Source: Eubacteriales bacterium
GTDB taxonomy: Bacteria > Bacillota > Clostridia > Oscillospirales > SIG627
Assembly: GCA_045543495.1 (NCBI GenBank)
Contig: JAZQMO010000066.1
Location: 3,007 to 67,006, forward strand
Direction: 5' to 3'
DNA: 64,000 nucleotides
This document shows positions 35,325 through 42,968 of the stretch, in pieces. The position numbers and the translations under genes were made by a program. The notes under the pieces are model-generated. The model searched no databases. It was not told the DNA's origin and was given only the letters and a program-made list of their open reading frames with translations. The stretch's first letter is position 1; the number at the start of each line of letters is the position of its first letter.

Positions 35325-36125
35325 ATGACCTGTTATACCCTGTTTTCCGGCTCCTCCGGAAACTGCATCTATATCAAAAAAGGGAATACCGAGATTCTGG
35401 TGGATGCAGGCGGCAGTATGCGTGCCATTGAAGAGGCCCTGCAAAAGGTTTCCTCCTCTCTATCTAAGATCAAAGGGATCTTCGTGACCCACGAGCACAG
35501 CGATCATACCAAGGGCCTCGGGATGATCGCCAAGCACCACGCCATTCCCATTTTCTGTCAGAATGAGGTGGCAAAGGAGATCTACCTGTCCCACTTAAAT
35601 CACGGCCGCCACGATCAGGCCGCCGCCCTTGCCCGCTTTATCCGAACGGTCAACACAGGGGAGGAATATGAATGGGGCGAGGTTCTGATCACCCCCTTTA
35701 AGACCCCTCACGACAGTATGGATTCTCAAGGCTTTATTTTGGGAGAGAGGGAGTTAGGGATTGCCACAGACCTTGGCCACGTGTCCTCGGAGGTAAGCAC
35801 CTATCTTTTGGGCTGTAAAAATGTGATTTTGGAGTCCAATCACGATACCGAAATGCTCTATAACGGCCCCTACCCACCGTATTTGAAGGAGCGCGTGGCC
35901 TCCGATCAGGGGCATTTGAATAATACCGCCTGTGCCGCCTTTGCCGCAAAGCTTTTGGAAAAGGGGTGTGAAAATTTTACCCTCTTTCATCTTTCGCAGG
36001 ATAACAATACCCCCGAAAAAGCCCTGTCGGAAACCCTTGGCGTCCTGACGGGTCTGGGAGCCACACCCGAAAAGGACTTTTCTCTGCAAGTGGCCCGCCG
36101 ATACGAGGTGACAAAGGTATTATGA
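35325..36125 (+). CDS. MBL-fold metallo-hydrolase (YycJ/WalJ-like)
   Basis: FSGSSGNCIYI...ILVDAG...THEHSDHTKG (HxHxDH). Confidence 0.75.
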   Translation: MTCYTLFSGSSGNCIYIKKGNTEILVDAGGSMRAIEEALQKVSSSLSKIKGIFVTHEHSDHTKGLGMIAKHHAIPIFCQNEVAKEIYLSHLNHGRHDQAAALARFIRTVNTGEEYEWGEVLITPFKTPHDSMDSQGFILGERELGIATDLGHVSSEVSTYLLGCKNVILESNHDTEMLYNGPYPPYLKERVASDQGHLNNTACAAFAAKLLEKGCENFTLFHLSQDNNTPEKALSETLGVLTGLGATPEKDFSLQVARRYEVTKVL

Positions 36126-36616
36126 ATCACACCATACTTTGCGTAGGCGAGGGAAAAGAGAGCTATTACAAGGAGGCAATGCGAGAGTTTCAAAAACGGA
36201 TGCAGGCCTTCGGCTCCCTGGAAGAGGTGATCGTAAAGCCCGCCAAGACCCCCGGTCGGGAATTGAGTGAGGATGAGATCGCTTTGGCGCTGGAAAAGGA
36301 AGCCCGAGAGCTTGAAAAGCTCCTGTCTCTGCCCAAATATCAAAAAAGCTATAAGATCGCTCTTTGCATTGAAGGGAAAAGTCTCTCCTCTGAGGCTTTG
36401 AGCCGCCTTTATGAGAAGGTGGCAGGGGAGGGAAAGCCCTCGGTGGTGTATCTTGTAGGCTCCTCTTGGGGAATGGCCGAGCGCATCAAGGCTCTTTGCG
36501 ATCTGCGCCTTTCCTTTTCTCCCATGACCTTTGCCCATTCCCTGTTTCAGGTCATGCTCCACGAGCAAATCTACCGTGCCGAGAGCATTCTCCACGGATC
36601 CAAATATCATAAGTAA
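36122..36616 (+). CDS. rlmH: 23S rRNA (pseudouridine1915-N3)-methyltransferase RlmH
   Basis: SPOUT fold with the conserved C-terminal ...SFSPMTFAHSLFQVMLHEQIYRA...GSKYHK. Confidence 0.9.
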   Translation: MNHTILCVGEGKESYYKEAMREFQKRMQAFGSLEEVIVKPAKTPGRELSEDEIALALEKEARELEKLLSLPKYQKSYKIALCIEGKSLSSEALSRLYEKVAGEGKPSVVYLVGSSWGMAERIKALCDLRLSFSPMTFAHSLFQVMLHEQIYRAESILHGSKYHK

Positions 36617-36630
36617 ATGAGGTTAGAAAA

Positions 36631-37839
36631 ATGAAAAATGTATTTACCCCCGCCGATATTCTTCTCCCCAAGGACAAAAGCTTTGAAACCTGGGCCGTGA
36701 TCGCCTGCGATCAGTTTTCCTCTGAGCGCTCCTATTGGGACAGAGTGGCAAAGAGAGTGGAAAAGATCCCCTCCACCCTCCATATGATCGTTCCCGAGGC
36801 GTATCTGGAAAACATCAGTATGGAACAGGCCTCGGTGGAGCGAAATGCAACCATGCAAAAATACTGTGAGGAAGAGATCTTCTCCACCCTTGAAAATTCT
36901 TATATCTATGTGGAGAGAGAGGTTACGGGTGGCCTTATTCGCCGTGGCATCGTAGGAAAGATCGATCTGGATGCGTATGATTTCAAGCCCGGCACCGAGA
37001 CCCCCATCCGTGCCAGCGAAAAGACCGTGGTGGATCGCCTTCCCCCGAGAATTGCCGTGCGCCGCGGTGCTTGTCTGGAAATGCCCCACGTTTTGGTTTT
37101 GATGGACGATCCCGAGAGAAGTGTCATCGAGCCTCTCACCGAAAAGAAGGAGAAGCTTGAGACCGTATATGATTTCGACCTGATGGAGGGCGGCGGCCGC
37201 ATTGCGGGCTATGCGGTTCAAAAGGATGAGGCCGAGCGGGTCACAAGGGCCATTGACGCGCTCGGAAAAAGAGCGGTTCAACTGGTCATCGGAGACGGAA
37301 ACCATTCCCTTGCCGCCGCCAAGGAGATCTGGCGCAGCGTCAAGGAGACTTTGTCTCCCGAGCAGTGGGAGGGCCACCCTCAAAGATACGCCCTAGTAGA
37401 GCTTTGCAATGTGTATGATGAGGGCATCGTCTTTGAGCCCATTCACCGCATTGCCTTCTCTTGCGATCCCAGGCGTGTTTTGGCTCTCCTTGAGGAAAGA
37501 ATGTATGAGGAGGGCGGCAGACCCCTTCGCTACATTGCGGGAGAAAAGAGCGGAGAAATCCCCGTTCGAAGCGAAAGCTTGGGAGATCTCATTGCCACCG
37601 TGCAGGAGGTTTTGGATGTGTTTGAAAAGGAGGGCAGCACCCTTGATTATATCCACGATGATGCCGCTCTGGAGGAATTGAGCAAAAAGGAAAACACCTT
37701 CGCCCTCTTTCTGCCCAAAATGGAAAAGAGCGATCTGTTCTGCACCGTGGAAAAATCGGGCGTGTTCCCCAAAAAGAGCTTTTCCATCGGTCACGCAAGA
37801 GACAAGCGGTATTACTTGGAGTGCCGCAAGATCAAGTAA
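36631..37839 (+). CDS. DUF1015 family protein
   Basis: ...FTPADILLPKD...WAVIACDQFSSE...GDGNHSLAAAK... pattern that I associate with DUF1015. Confidence 0.65.
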   Translation: MKNVFTPADILLPKDKSFETWAVIACDQFSSERSYWDRVAKRVEKIPSTLHMIVPEAYLENISMEQASVERNATMQKYCEEEIFSTLENSYIYVEREVTGGLIRRGIVGKIDLDAYDFKPGTETPIRASEKTVVDRLPPRIAVRRGACLEMPHVLVLMDDPERSVIEPLTEKKEKLETVYDFDLMEGGGRIAGYAVQKDEAERVTRAIDALGKRAVQLVIGDGNHSLAAAKEIWRSVKETLSPEQWEGHPQRYALVELCNVYDEGIVFEPIHRIAFSCDPRRVLALLEERMYEEGGRPLRYIAGEKSGEIPVRSESLGDLIATVQEVLDVFEKEGSTLDYIHDDAALEELSKKENTFALFLPKMEKSDLFCTVEKSGVFPKKSFSIGHARDKRYYLECRKIK

Positions 37840-37882
37840 AAGAAAAAAGACGACTGAAAGGCTACTTCTCATAAAGATGTTA

Positions 37883-37920
37883 AAAACCTCGATGAAATTC
37901 ATCGAGGTTTTCGCTTTTTT
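37883..37920. terminator. strong terminator after DUF1015 gene (bidirectional)
   Basis: 13-bp perfect stem aaaacctcgatga / tcatcgaggtttt with loop aat, followed by cgctttttt. Confidence 0.65.
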
Positions 37921-37941
37921 ATAAGGAAAGAGCCGGCATCG

Positions 37942-37966
37942 CATTTGCGCACACAAATGTTTTTTT
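37942..37966 (+). terminator. second tandem terminator-like hairpin
   Basis: catttg cgcaca caaatg followed by seven T. Confidence 0.4.
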
Positions 37967-38004
37967 CGTGATACCCAAACCCTTTTTACAACAAAAGAAA
38001 AAAA

Positions 38005-38220
38005 GTTATATTCTGTGCTAACGCACAGAGTGATATTTTCACTTTGTGAAAGTGTTATTACTCCCTCTCGTCGTAGTGGTATTTTATTCTCCTCCGAAAC
38101 TCGCGAAGCGAATACCACTCGGCTTTTAGCCGAATATCACTGCGAAGCAATATCACTCGCCGTCAGGCGAATAAAACTGCGAGACTTCCTTATGAGAAGT
38201 CTCGCAAAGTCGTCTTTTTT
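38005..38220 (+). repeat. array of AATATCACT-type 9-mers alternating with unrelated short hairpins (copy 1); possible structured ncRNA
   Basis: Direct 9-mers: 38111 (AATACCACT), 38133 and 38149 (AATATCACT), and 38170 (AATAAAACT). A perfect inverted copy, AGTGATATT, is at 38029-38037. Seven self-complementary spacers have unrelated sequences, and the array ends in a 10-bp terminator hairpin at 38179-38205. The strand assignment is tentative. Confidence 0.5.
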
Positions 38221-38227
38221 GTGCTTT

Positions 38228-39598
38228 TTATTGGGGAAGCTTGGGCTTTAAGTCGGCGGGAATGGGAGAGGTGTACTTGCCGCCTGTTTTCTCGGTATGC
38301 TCCTTCTTTGCCTGAATCAGCTCCTCGGGTCTGTCCATCAGGCGCATCAGGGATGCGGCAACAGCCTTGCCCGCCCACAGAGCGGATCTCTTGGCATAGC
38401 TGCCTCGGCTTTGGGAGGTACTCTGCCAGCTGTGGCCGGGAGTTCCGATCACCCAGGTGCCCACGTGCATCTGCACCGTAGGAACCACCCAGCTGACATC
38501 TGCCGTATCGGTAGAGCCGCCGTGTGCCACGGGAGGAGCGGGATCCTTCACAAAGGTAGAGAAGGGAGGAAGGGTCTTGGCTTCGTCACTGAGCTTCATA
38601 GTAGCCTGCAAGGCCTTACCGAAGGCCAATTCTTCTTCGGTGGGAACGGGAAGAGGAATGTCGTGCATGGCTTCGTTTGCAATCTTTTGCAGGGTGGGAA
38701 TGGTGATCAGATTGGAGTAAGCGCTGGTGACCTTGGAGGTAAATTCGGTTTCGGTCATGGTAGCGGCTCCCTTAGCCAAAAGATCTACTCTATCCTTTAA
38801 TTCCAATACCTCCTGACAGGTGGTGGCACGGATCAGATAGGTGACCGAAGCGTGAGACTGCACCATATTGGCGGCGGTTCCGCCGGTGTCGGTAATGGCG
38901 TAGTGGATTCTGCTGGTGGGGAGCATATGCTCACGAAGGAACTGGCAGCCGATGTTCATCAATTCCACCGCATCCAGTGCGCTTCTTCCCTGATGGGGAG
39001 CGGCGCCTGCGTGGGCGGTGATGCCCTTGAAGTCGTAATCAACGTGAATGTTGGCCAAGGCGGGACGGGTGCGCACCATATACATGCTTTCGGGGTGCCA
39101 GCTGACAATGGCGTCAATCCCGTCAAAAGCGCCGTCACGGGCCATAAAGACCTTTCCGCCGCCGCCTTCCTCTGCGGGACAACCGAAAAGGGTAATGCTG
39201 CCCTTTCCTGTTTTTTCAATGTATTTCTTGACAGCAAGCACCGCCGCCAGAGAGCCTGCGGCAAACAGATTGTGCCCGCAGCCGTGGCAGGTATCCTGAT
39301 CGGGAATGGGTCTTCTCTCAGCAACCTCCCCCTCCTGACTCAGGCCGGAAAGGCCGTCAAACTCTGCCAAAACACCAAGGCTGGGGGAGCCGGTGCCGAA
39401 GCTTGCCTTAAAGGCGGTGGGAATTCCAACCAAATTTCTCGTTACGGTAAAACCGTTTTCTTCCAATTTTTCTGTCAAAAGCTTGGAGGCACTCACCTCA
39501 GCAAAGCAAAGCTCGGGCTTTGCCCAAATGGTATCGGAAACCTCGCAAAGCTCTTCTTTTTTTTCGTCAATGACGGATAAATATTCTTCGTACTGCAT
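38228..39598 (-). CDS. M20-family amidohydrolase (AbgB-like)
   Basis: ...IWAKPELCFAE...GIPTAFKASFG...LAEFDGL...CHGCGHNL...CPAEEGGGGKV... metal-ligand contexts. ATG 39598 (MQYEEY) lies after GAAGGAGGA. Confidence 0.75.
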   Translation of the reverse strand: MQYEEYLSVIDEKKEELCEVSDTIWAKPELCFAEVSASKLLTEKLEENGFTVTRNLVGIPTAFKASFGTGSPSLGVLAEFDGLSGLSQEGEVAERRPIPDQDTCHGCGHNLFAAGSLAAVLAVKKYIEKTGKGSITLFGCPAEEGGGGKVFMARDGAFDGIDAIVSWHPESMYMVRTRPALANIHVDYDFKGITAHAGAAPHQGRSALDAVELMNIGCQFLREHMLPTSRIHYAITDTGGTAANMVQSHASVTYLIRATTCQEVLELKDRVDLLAKGAATMTETEFTSKVTSAYSNLITIPTLQKIANEAMHDIPLPVPTEEELAFGKALQATMKLSDEAKTLPPFSTFVKDPAPPVAHGGSTDTADVSWVVPTVQMHVGTWVIGTPGHSWQSTSQSRGSYAKRSALWAGKAVAASLMRLMDRPEELIQAKKEHTEKTGGKYTSPIPADLKPKLPQ

Positions 39599-39770
39599 AA
39601 TGTCCTCCTTCTTTTTCCTCATTTTATCTTTATTCCCAAGGAAAGTCAAGCATTTTTGGCGAAGAATGGTAAGAGACGGGATCGATTCTATCCGAAAACA
39701 GATAAAATATTTTGAAACTACTTGCGAAAAAATGGCTTTGAGAGTAAACTGTTTTCAGTAGGAGGAAAAA

Positions 39771-40412
39771 ATGAAAACCTATTTGTTTGATTTTGACGGA
39801 ACTCTTGTGGATTCCATGCCCGCCTTTACCAAAACCATGCTGGGAATTTTGGATCGGAGCGGGATTTCCTACGGGCCTGATCTGATTCGTGCCATCACCC
39901 CCTTGGGTGTGGTGGCCTCCGCCCGTTATTTTATGGATTTGGGCGTAAAAAAAACGGAGCAGGAGCTTATCGAGGAAATGGCAAGGGAGCTTTTGGAAGC
40001 GTATCTGTATACCATTCCCGCCAAGGAAGAGGTGAAAGAAACCCTCACGGCTTTGAAACAAAGGGGGTATTCACTCAATGTACTCACTGCAAGCCCCCAT
40101 ATATCCTTGGATCCTTGCCTGAAAAGGCTCGGCCTTTGGGACTTGATGGATCACGTGTGGTCCTGTGATGATTTTGCCACCTCAAAATCCGATCCCGAGC
40201 TTTATGGAACCGTGGCGGCGTGTCTTGAAAAAAAGCCCGAAGAGATCCTCTTTTTTGACGATAATTACAAGGCCAATGAAACGGCAAAGAAGGCGGGGCT
40301 TGTCACCTGCGGCGTGTTTGATCTCTCCTCGGCAGAGGAGGAAGAGGCCATTCGTTCCCTTTGTGATTACTATGTGCGCTCCTTTTCCGAAATCTTGAAA
40401 ATTGAGTCTTAA
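39771..40412 (+). CDS. HAD-superfamily hydrolase (phosphatase, subfamily IA-like)
   Basis: YLFDFDGTLVDS motif I and ...FFDDN... motif IV. RBS AGGAGGA. Confidence 0.75.
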   Translation: MKTYLFDFDGTLVDSMPAFTKTMLGILDRSGISYGPDLIRAITPLGVVASARYFMDLGVKKTEQELIEEMARELLEAYLYTIPAKEEVKETLTALKQRGYSLNVLTASPHISLDPCLKRLGLWDLMDHVWSCDDFATSKSDPELYGTVAACLEKKPEEILFFDDNYKANETAKKAGLVTCGVFDLSSAEEEEAIRSLCDYYVRSFSEILKIES

Positions 40413-40421
40413 CCAAAAAAG

Positions 40422-40453
40422 AAAAATTGCCATCGAAGGATGGCAATTTTTTT
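40422..40453. terminator. bidirectional terminator
   Basis: aaaaattgccatc gaag gatggcaattttt. Confidence 0.6.
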
Positions 40454-40459
40454 GTGTGC

Positions 40460-41314
40460 TCAGGCGATCACATTTCCCGATACCACAAGGGTCACGCTTC
40501 CGGGGGTCGTGGTCCAAAGACCCGTGGCGATGTCTTGGGTGAAGGTGGCGGCGGGAACCGAAATGAGGCCGGAAATGGTGGTGAAGGCGCCGGTTGCCTC
40601 GTTGTAGGCGTAGCCCTCAGGCTCTGTCAGAGCCGTGCCGTTCAAGGTGACCGTAAGATCGGTGAGACGGGGATCAAAGGTATCGCTGATCACCACGTTG
40701 TCCTCGGGCCCTACGGCGCTGTTTCCGCTGTTTTCAATGACAATGGTGTAGGTGATCCTGCCGTTGTCCGTTACGGTAGCGGGGGAGAGGGCTTTGGTCA
40801 GGGTGATATCGGGATCATCCGTCCGAGTGATGCTTTCCGTTGCCGTAGCCGTCTGCCCGCCACCTGTGACGGTCACGGTGTTGGTGATCACACCCCCTGC
40901 CTCAGGAGAGGCAAAGCCGTTTGCCTCGGCGGTGTAAAGAACGGTGGCCACACCCCCTGCGGGAATGGTAATGGGACCGATGACAAGTCCCCCTTGGGCA
41001 GTGGTGGTGGGAGAGGGCTGCAGTACGCCGTCAATAAAGTATTTCACACTTCCCTCCACATAGTCAAGCGGGATCAGGGTATCGGTGCCGAAGGGATAGG
41101 CTCCCAGATCGTCCGTCAGGGTCACCCCCGTAACGGGAGCGGTGCCCGTGTTGGTCATGTTAATGGCATAGGTGATCTCAGAAGAGGTGGTATATTCCTC
41201 CACAACGGCGGTTTTGGTGACGTTGAGGGTCTCCAGAATTTCGCCCGTGGTCACGTTGGAATTGACCGTGCCGCCGTTGTAGGTGAGAGTTGCTTGATTG
41301 AAAAATATTGCCAT
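40460..41314 (-). CDS. DUF11 (conserved repeat domain) protein without signal peptide
   Basis: ATG 41314 (MAIFFNQATLTYNG) lies after AAGGAGGAA. It has two Thr/Gly/Val-rich beta-repeat units (...ITYAINMTNTGTAPVTGVTLTDDLG... and ...ITYTIVIENSGNSAVGPEDNVVISDTFD...). Confidence 0.55.
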   Translation of the reverse strand: MAIFFNQATLTYNGGTVNSNVTTGEILETLNVTKTAVVEEYTTSSEITYAINMTNTGTAPVTGVTLTDDLGAYPFGTDTLIPLDYVEGSVKYFIDGVLQPSPTTTAQGGLVIGPITIPAGGVATVLYTAEANGFASPEAGGVITNTVTVTGGGQTATATESITRTDDPDITLTKALSPATVTDNGRITYTIVIENSGNSAVGPEDNVVISDTFDPRLTDLTVTLNGTALTEPEGYAYNEATGAFTTISGLISVPAATFTQDIATGLWTTTPGSVTLVVSGNVIA

Positions 41315-41353
41315 GGATTTCCTCCTTGTAATTTGCAGGTTTTCCCTGCACTT

Positions 41354-41381
41354 CATCTTATGCGCCGTCTGCCTTTTTTGT
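41354..41381 (-). promoter_or_regulatory. candidate sigma-K-type promoter of the DUF11 gene
   Basis: On the minus strand: AC, 17 nt, then CATAAGATG. It shares the CATAAGAT core with the element at 21396-21404. Confidence 0.25.
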
Positions 41382-41463
41382 CCGTTTTATAAAATTGCAT
41401 CAATTGGTATAAAAATAGAAAAAGAGCACATACTACGAAAAAAAGAAAAGGATAGGTACCAAA

Positions 41464-41898
41464 ATGATCGAAAAAGATACGATCCGTTTGCTTCGCGAGT
41501 GTGATGCAGGAGTCAAAATGGGAATTTCCTCCATTGAGGATGTGATGGATAAGGTGAAGAATGAGGAGCTTCGCACCCTTCTTCTCAACTGCAAAAGAGC
41601 CCACGAGGACTTGAACGAGGAGCTTCAGAAAAAGCTGAATTCCTACGGGGATGAAGGAAAAGAGCCGGGCATGATGGCCAAGGGTATGAGCCGTATGAAA
41701 ACGGAAATGAAGATGATGATGGAGGAATCGGATCAGACGGTTGCGGATCTGATGACCGATGGCTGTGATATGGGAGTCAAAAGCCTGTCCCGCTATCTCA
41801 ATCAGTACAAGGCGGCCGAGGAGGATGCCAAAAATATGGCAAAGAGACTCATTTCCCTGGAGGAAAAGCTTGCCGTTGATATCCGAAAGTTTTTGTAA
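41464..41898 (+). CDS. predicted four-helix-bundle (ferritin-like/DUF2383-type) protein
   Basis: 144 aa, all-helical and charged. ...LLRECDAGVKMGISSIEDVMDKVKNEELRTLL... The family assignment is tentative. Confidence 0.35.
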   Translation: MIEKDTIRLLRECDAGVKMGISSIEDVMDKVKNEELRTLLLNCKRAHEDLNEELQKKLNSYGDEGKEPGMMAKGMSRMKTEMKMMMEESDQTVADLMTDGCDMGVKSLSRYLNQYKAAEEDAKNMAKRLISLEEKLAVDIRKFL

Positions 41899-41936
41899 AA
41901 AACCGACTTGAGACCGAAAAGAAAAGTCTTTCATCC

Positions 41937-41977
41937 AAAAAAATGCGGAAAGAGAAAAGTCCTTCCGCATTTTTTTC
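41937..41977 (+). terminator. rho-independent terminator
   Basis: aaaaaaatgcggaa ... ttccgcattttttt. Confidence 0.55.
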
Positions 41978-42116
41978 TTTTCCTGTAATTCAAAATCAAA
42001 AAATCAAAGAATTTGCAGAACCACAAGCTGTTTTTGTTGACGAAACAAGGGGGATACAATATAATAAAAGGGTGTTGAAATCGGTTTTTCCCAAAAAAAT
42101 AGGCAGAGGTGCAGAA

Positions 42117-42959
42117 ATGAAAAAACTCGGGTATTACAACGGATTTTTCGGCGAGCTGGAGGAAATGAGCGTCCCCATGAACGATAGGGTCTGCTATTTC
42201 GGCGACGGCGTTTACGATGCCACCTACAGCCGCAATTACAAGATCTTTGCTCTGGAGGAGCACATTGACCGCCTGTATAACAGCGCCGCTCTTTTGAAGA
42301 TCGAGATCGGTCAGACCAAGGAAGAAATGAAAGCCATTTTGCAGGAAATGGTCAACAAAATGGATACGGATGCCAATTTCGTCTATTGGCAGGTGACCCG
42401 TGGCACGGGAGTGAGAAATCATGTTTTCACCACCGACGGCTCAAAGGCCAATCTTTGGATCACCATCGTTCCCAAGCCTATTGTGGATACCTATAAAAAG
42501 ATTCGGCTCATCACTATGGAGGACACCCGTTTTCTCCATTGCAATATTAAGACCTTGAACCTGATCCCCGCCGTAATGGCAAGTCAAAAGGCCAAGGAGG
42601 CAGGGTGTGATGAGACCGTTCTTCATAGAGGAGATAGGGTGACCGAGTGTGCCCACAGCAATGTGCATATCATCAAGGACGGTGTTTTTGTAACCGCTCC
42701 CACCGACCACCTGATCCTCCCCGGCATTGCCCGCGCTCACCTGATCGCAGCCTGCAAAAGGCTCGGCATCGGGGTGGATGAGACCCCCTTCACCATCAAG
42801 GAAATGATGGAGGCCGATGAGGTCATCGTCTCCTCCTCAGGCTCCCTTTGCCTTGCGGCAGAAGAAATCGACGGCCAAAGAGTGGGAGGAAAGGCTCCCG
42901 AAATTTTGAAACTGCTTCAGGATGAGGTGCTCCGTGAATTTACGGAGGCCACCAATTAA
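42117..42959 (+). CDS. dat: class IV aminotransferase, D-amino-acid transaminase-like
   Basis: ATG 42117 (MKKLGYYNG). ...DRVCYFGDGVYD...HIDRLYNSA...YWQVTRG...CNIKTLNLIPAVMA...LPGIAR... is fold-type IV/Dat-like. Confidence 0.75.
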   Translation: MKKLGYYNGFFGELEEMSVPMNDRVCYFGDGVYDATYSRNYKIFALEEHIDRLYNSAALLKIEIGQTKEEMKAILQEMVNKMDTDANFVYWQVTRGTGVRNHVFTTDGSKANLWITIVPKPIVDTYKKIRLITMEDTRFLHCNIKTLNLIPAVMASQKAKEAGCDETVLHRGDRVTECAHSNVHIIKDGVFVTAPTDHLILPGIARAHLIAACKRLGIGVDETPFTIKEMMEADEVIVSSSGSLCLAAEEIDGQRVGGKAPEILKLLQDEVLREFTEATN

Positions 42960-42968
42960 GGAGAGAGT

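Noticed and set aside
37985-38012. Possible sigma-A promoter (TTTACA, 16 nt, TATATT) driving the copy-1 array as an independent sRNA
   Set aside because: The predicted start site falls inside the first hairpin (38013-38028), and the -10 overlaps a degenerate repeat unit. It is too weak to call, so the transcript origin is left open.
38005-38220. CRISPR array interpretation of the repeats (also applies to 58794-58886)
   Set aside because: The repeat unit is only 9 nt, the spacers are 7-27 nt and self-complementary, and there are no cas genes or leader in the window. The logic is the inverse of CRISPR, where the repeat is the palindrome and the spacer is not.
38015-38251. 78-aa GTG-initiated ORF running through the 9-mer/hairpin array
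   Set aside because: It has no RBS and the GTG lies inside a hairpin. The reading frame exists only because the repeat lacks stops, and the periodic nucleotide pattern is better explained at the nucleic-acid level.
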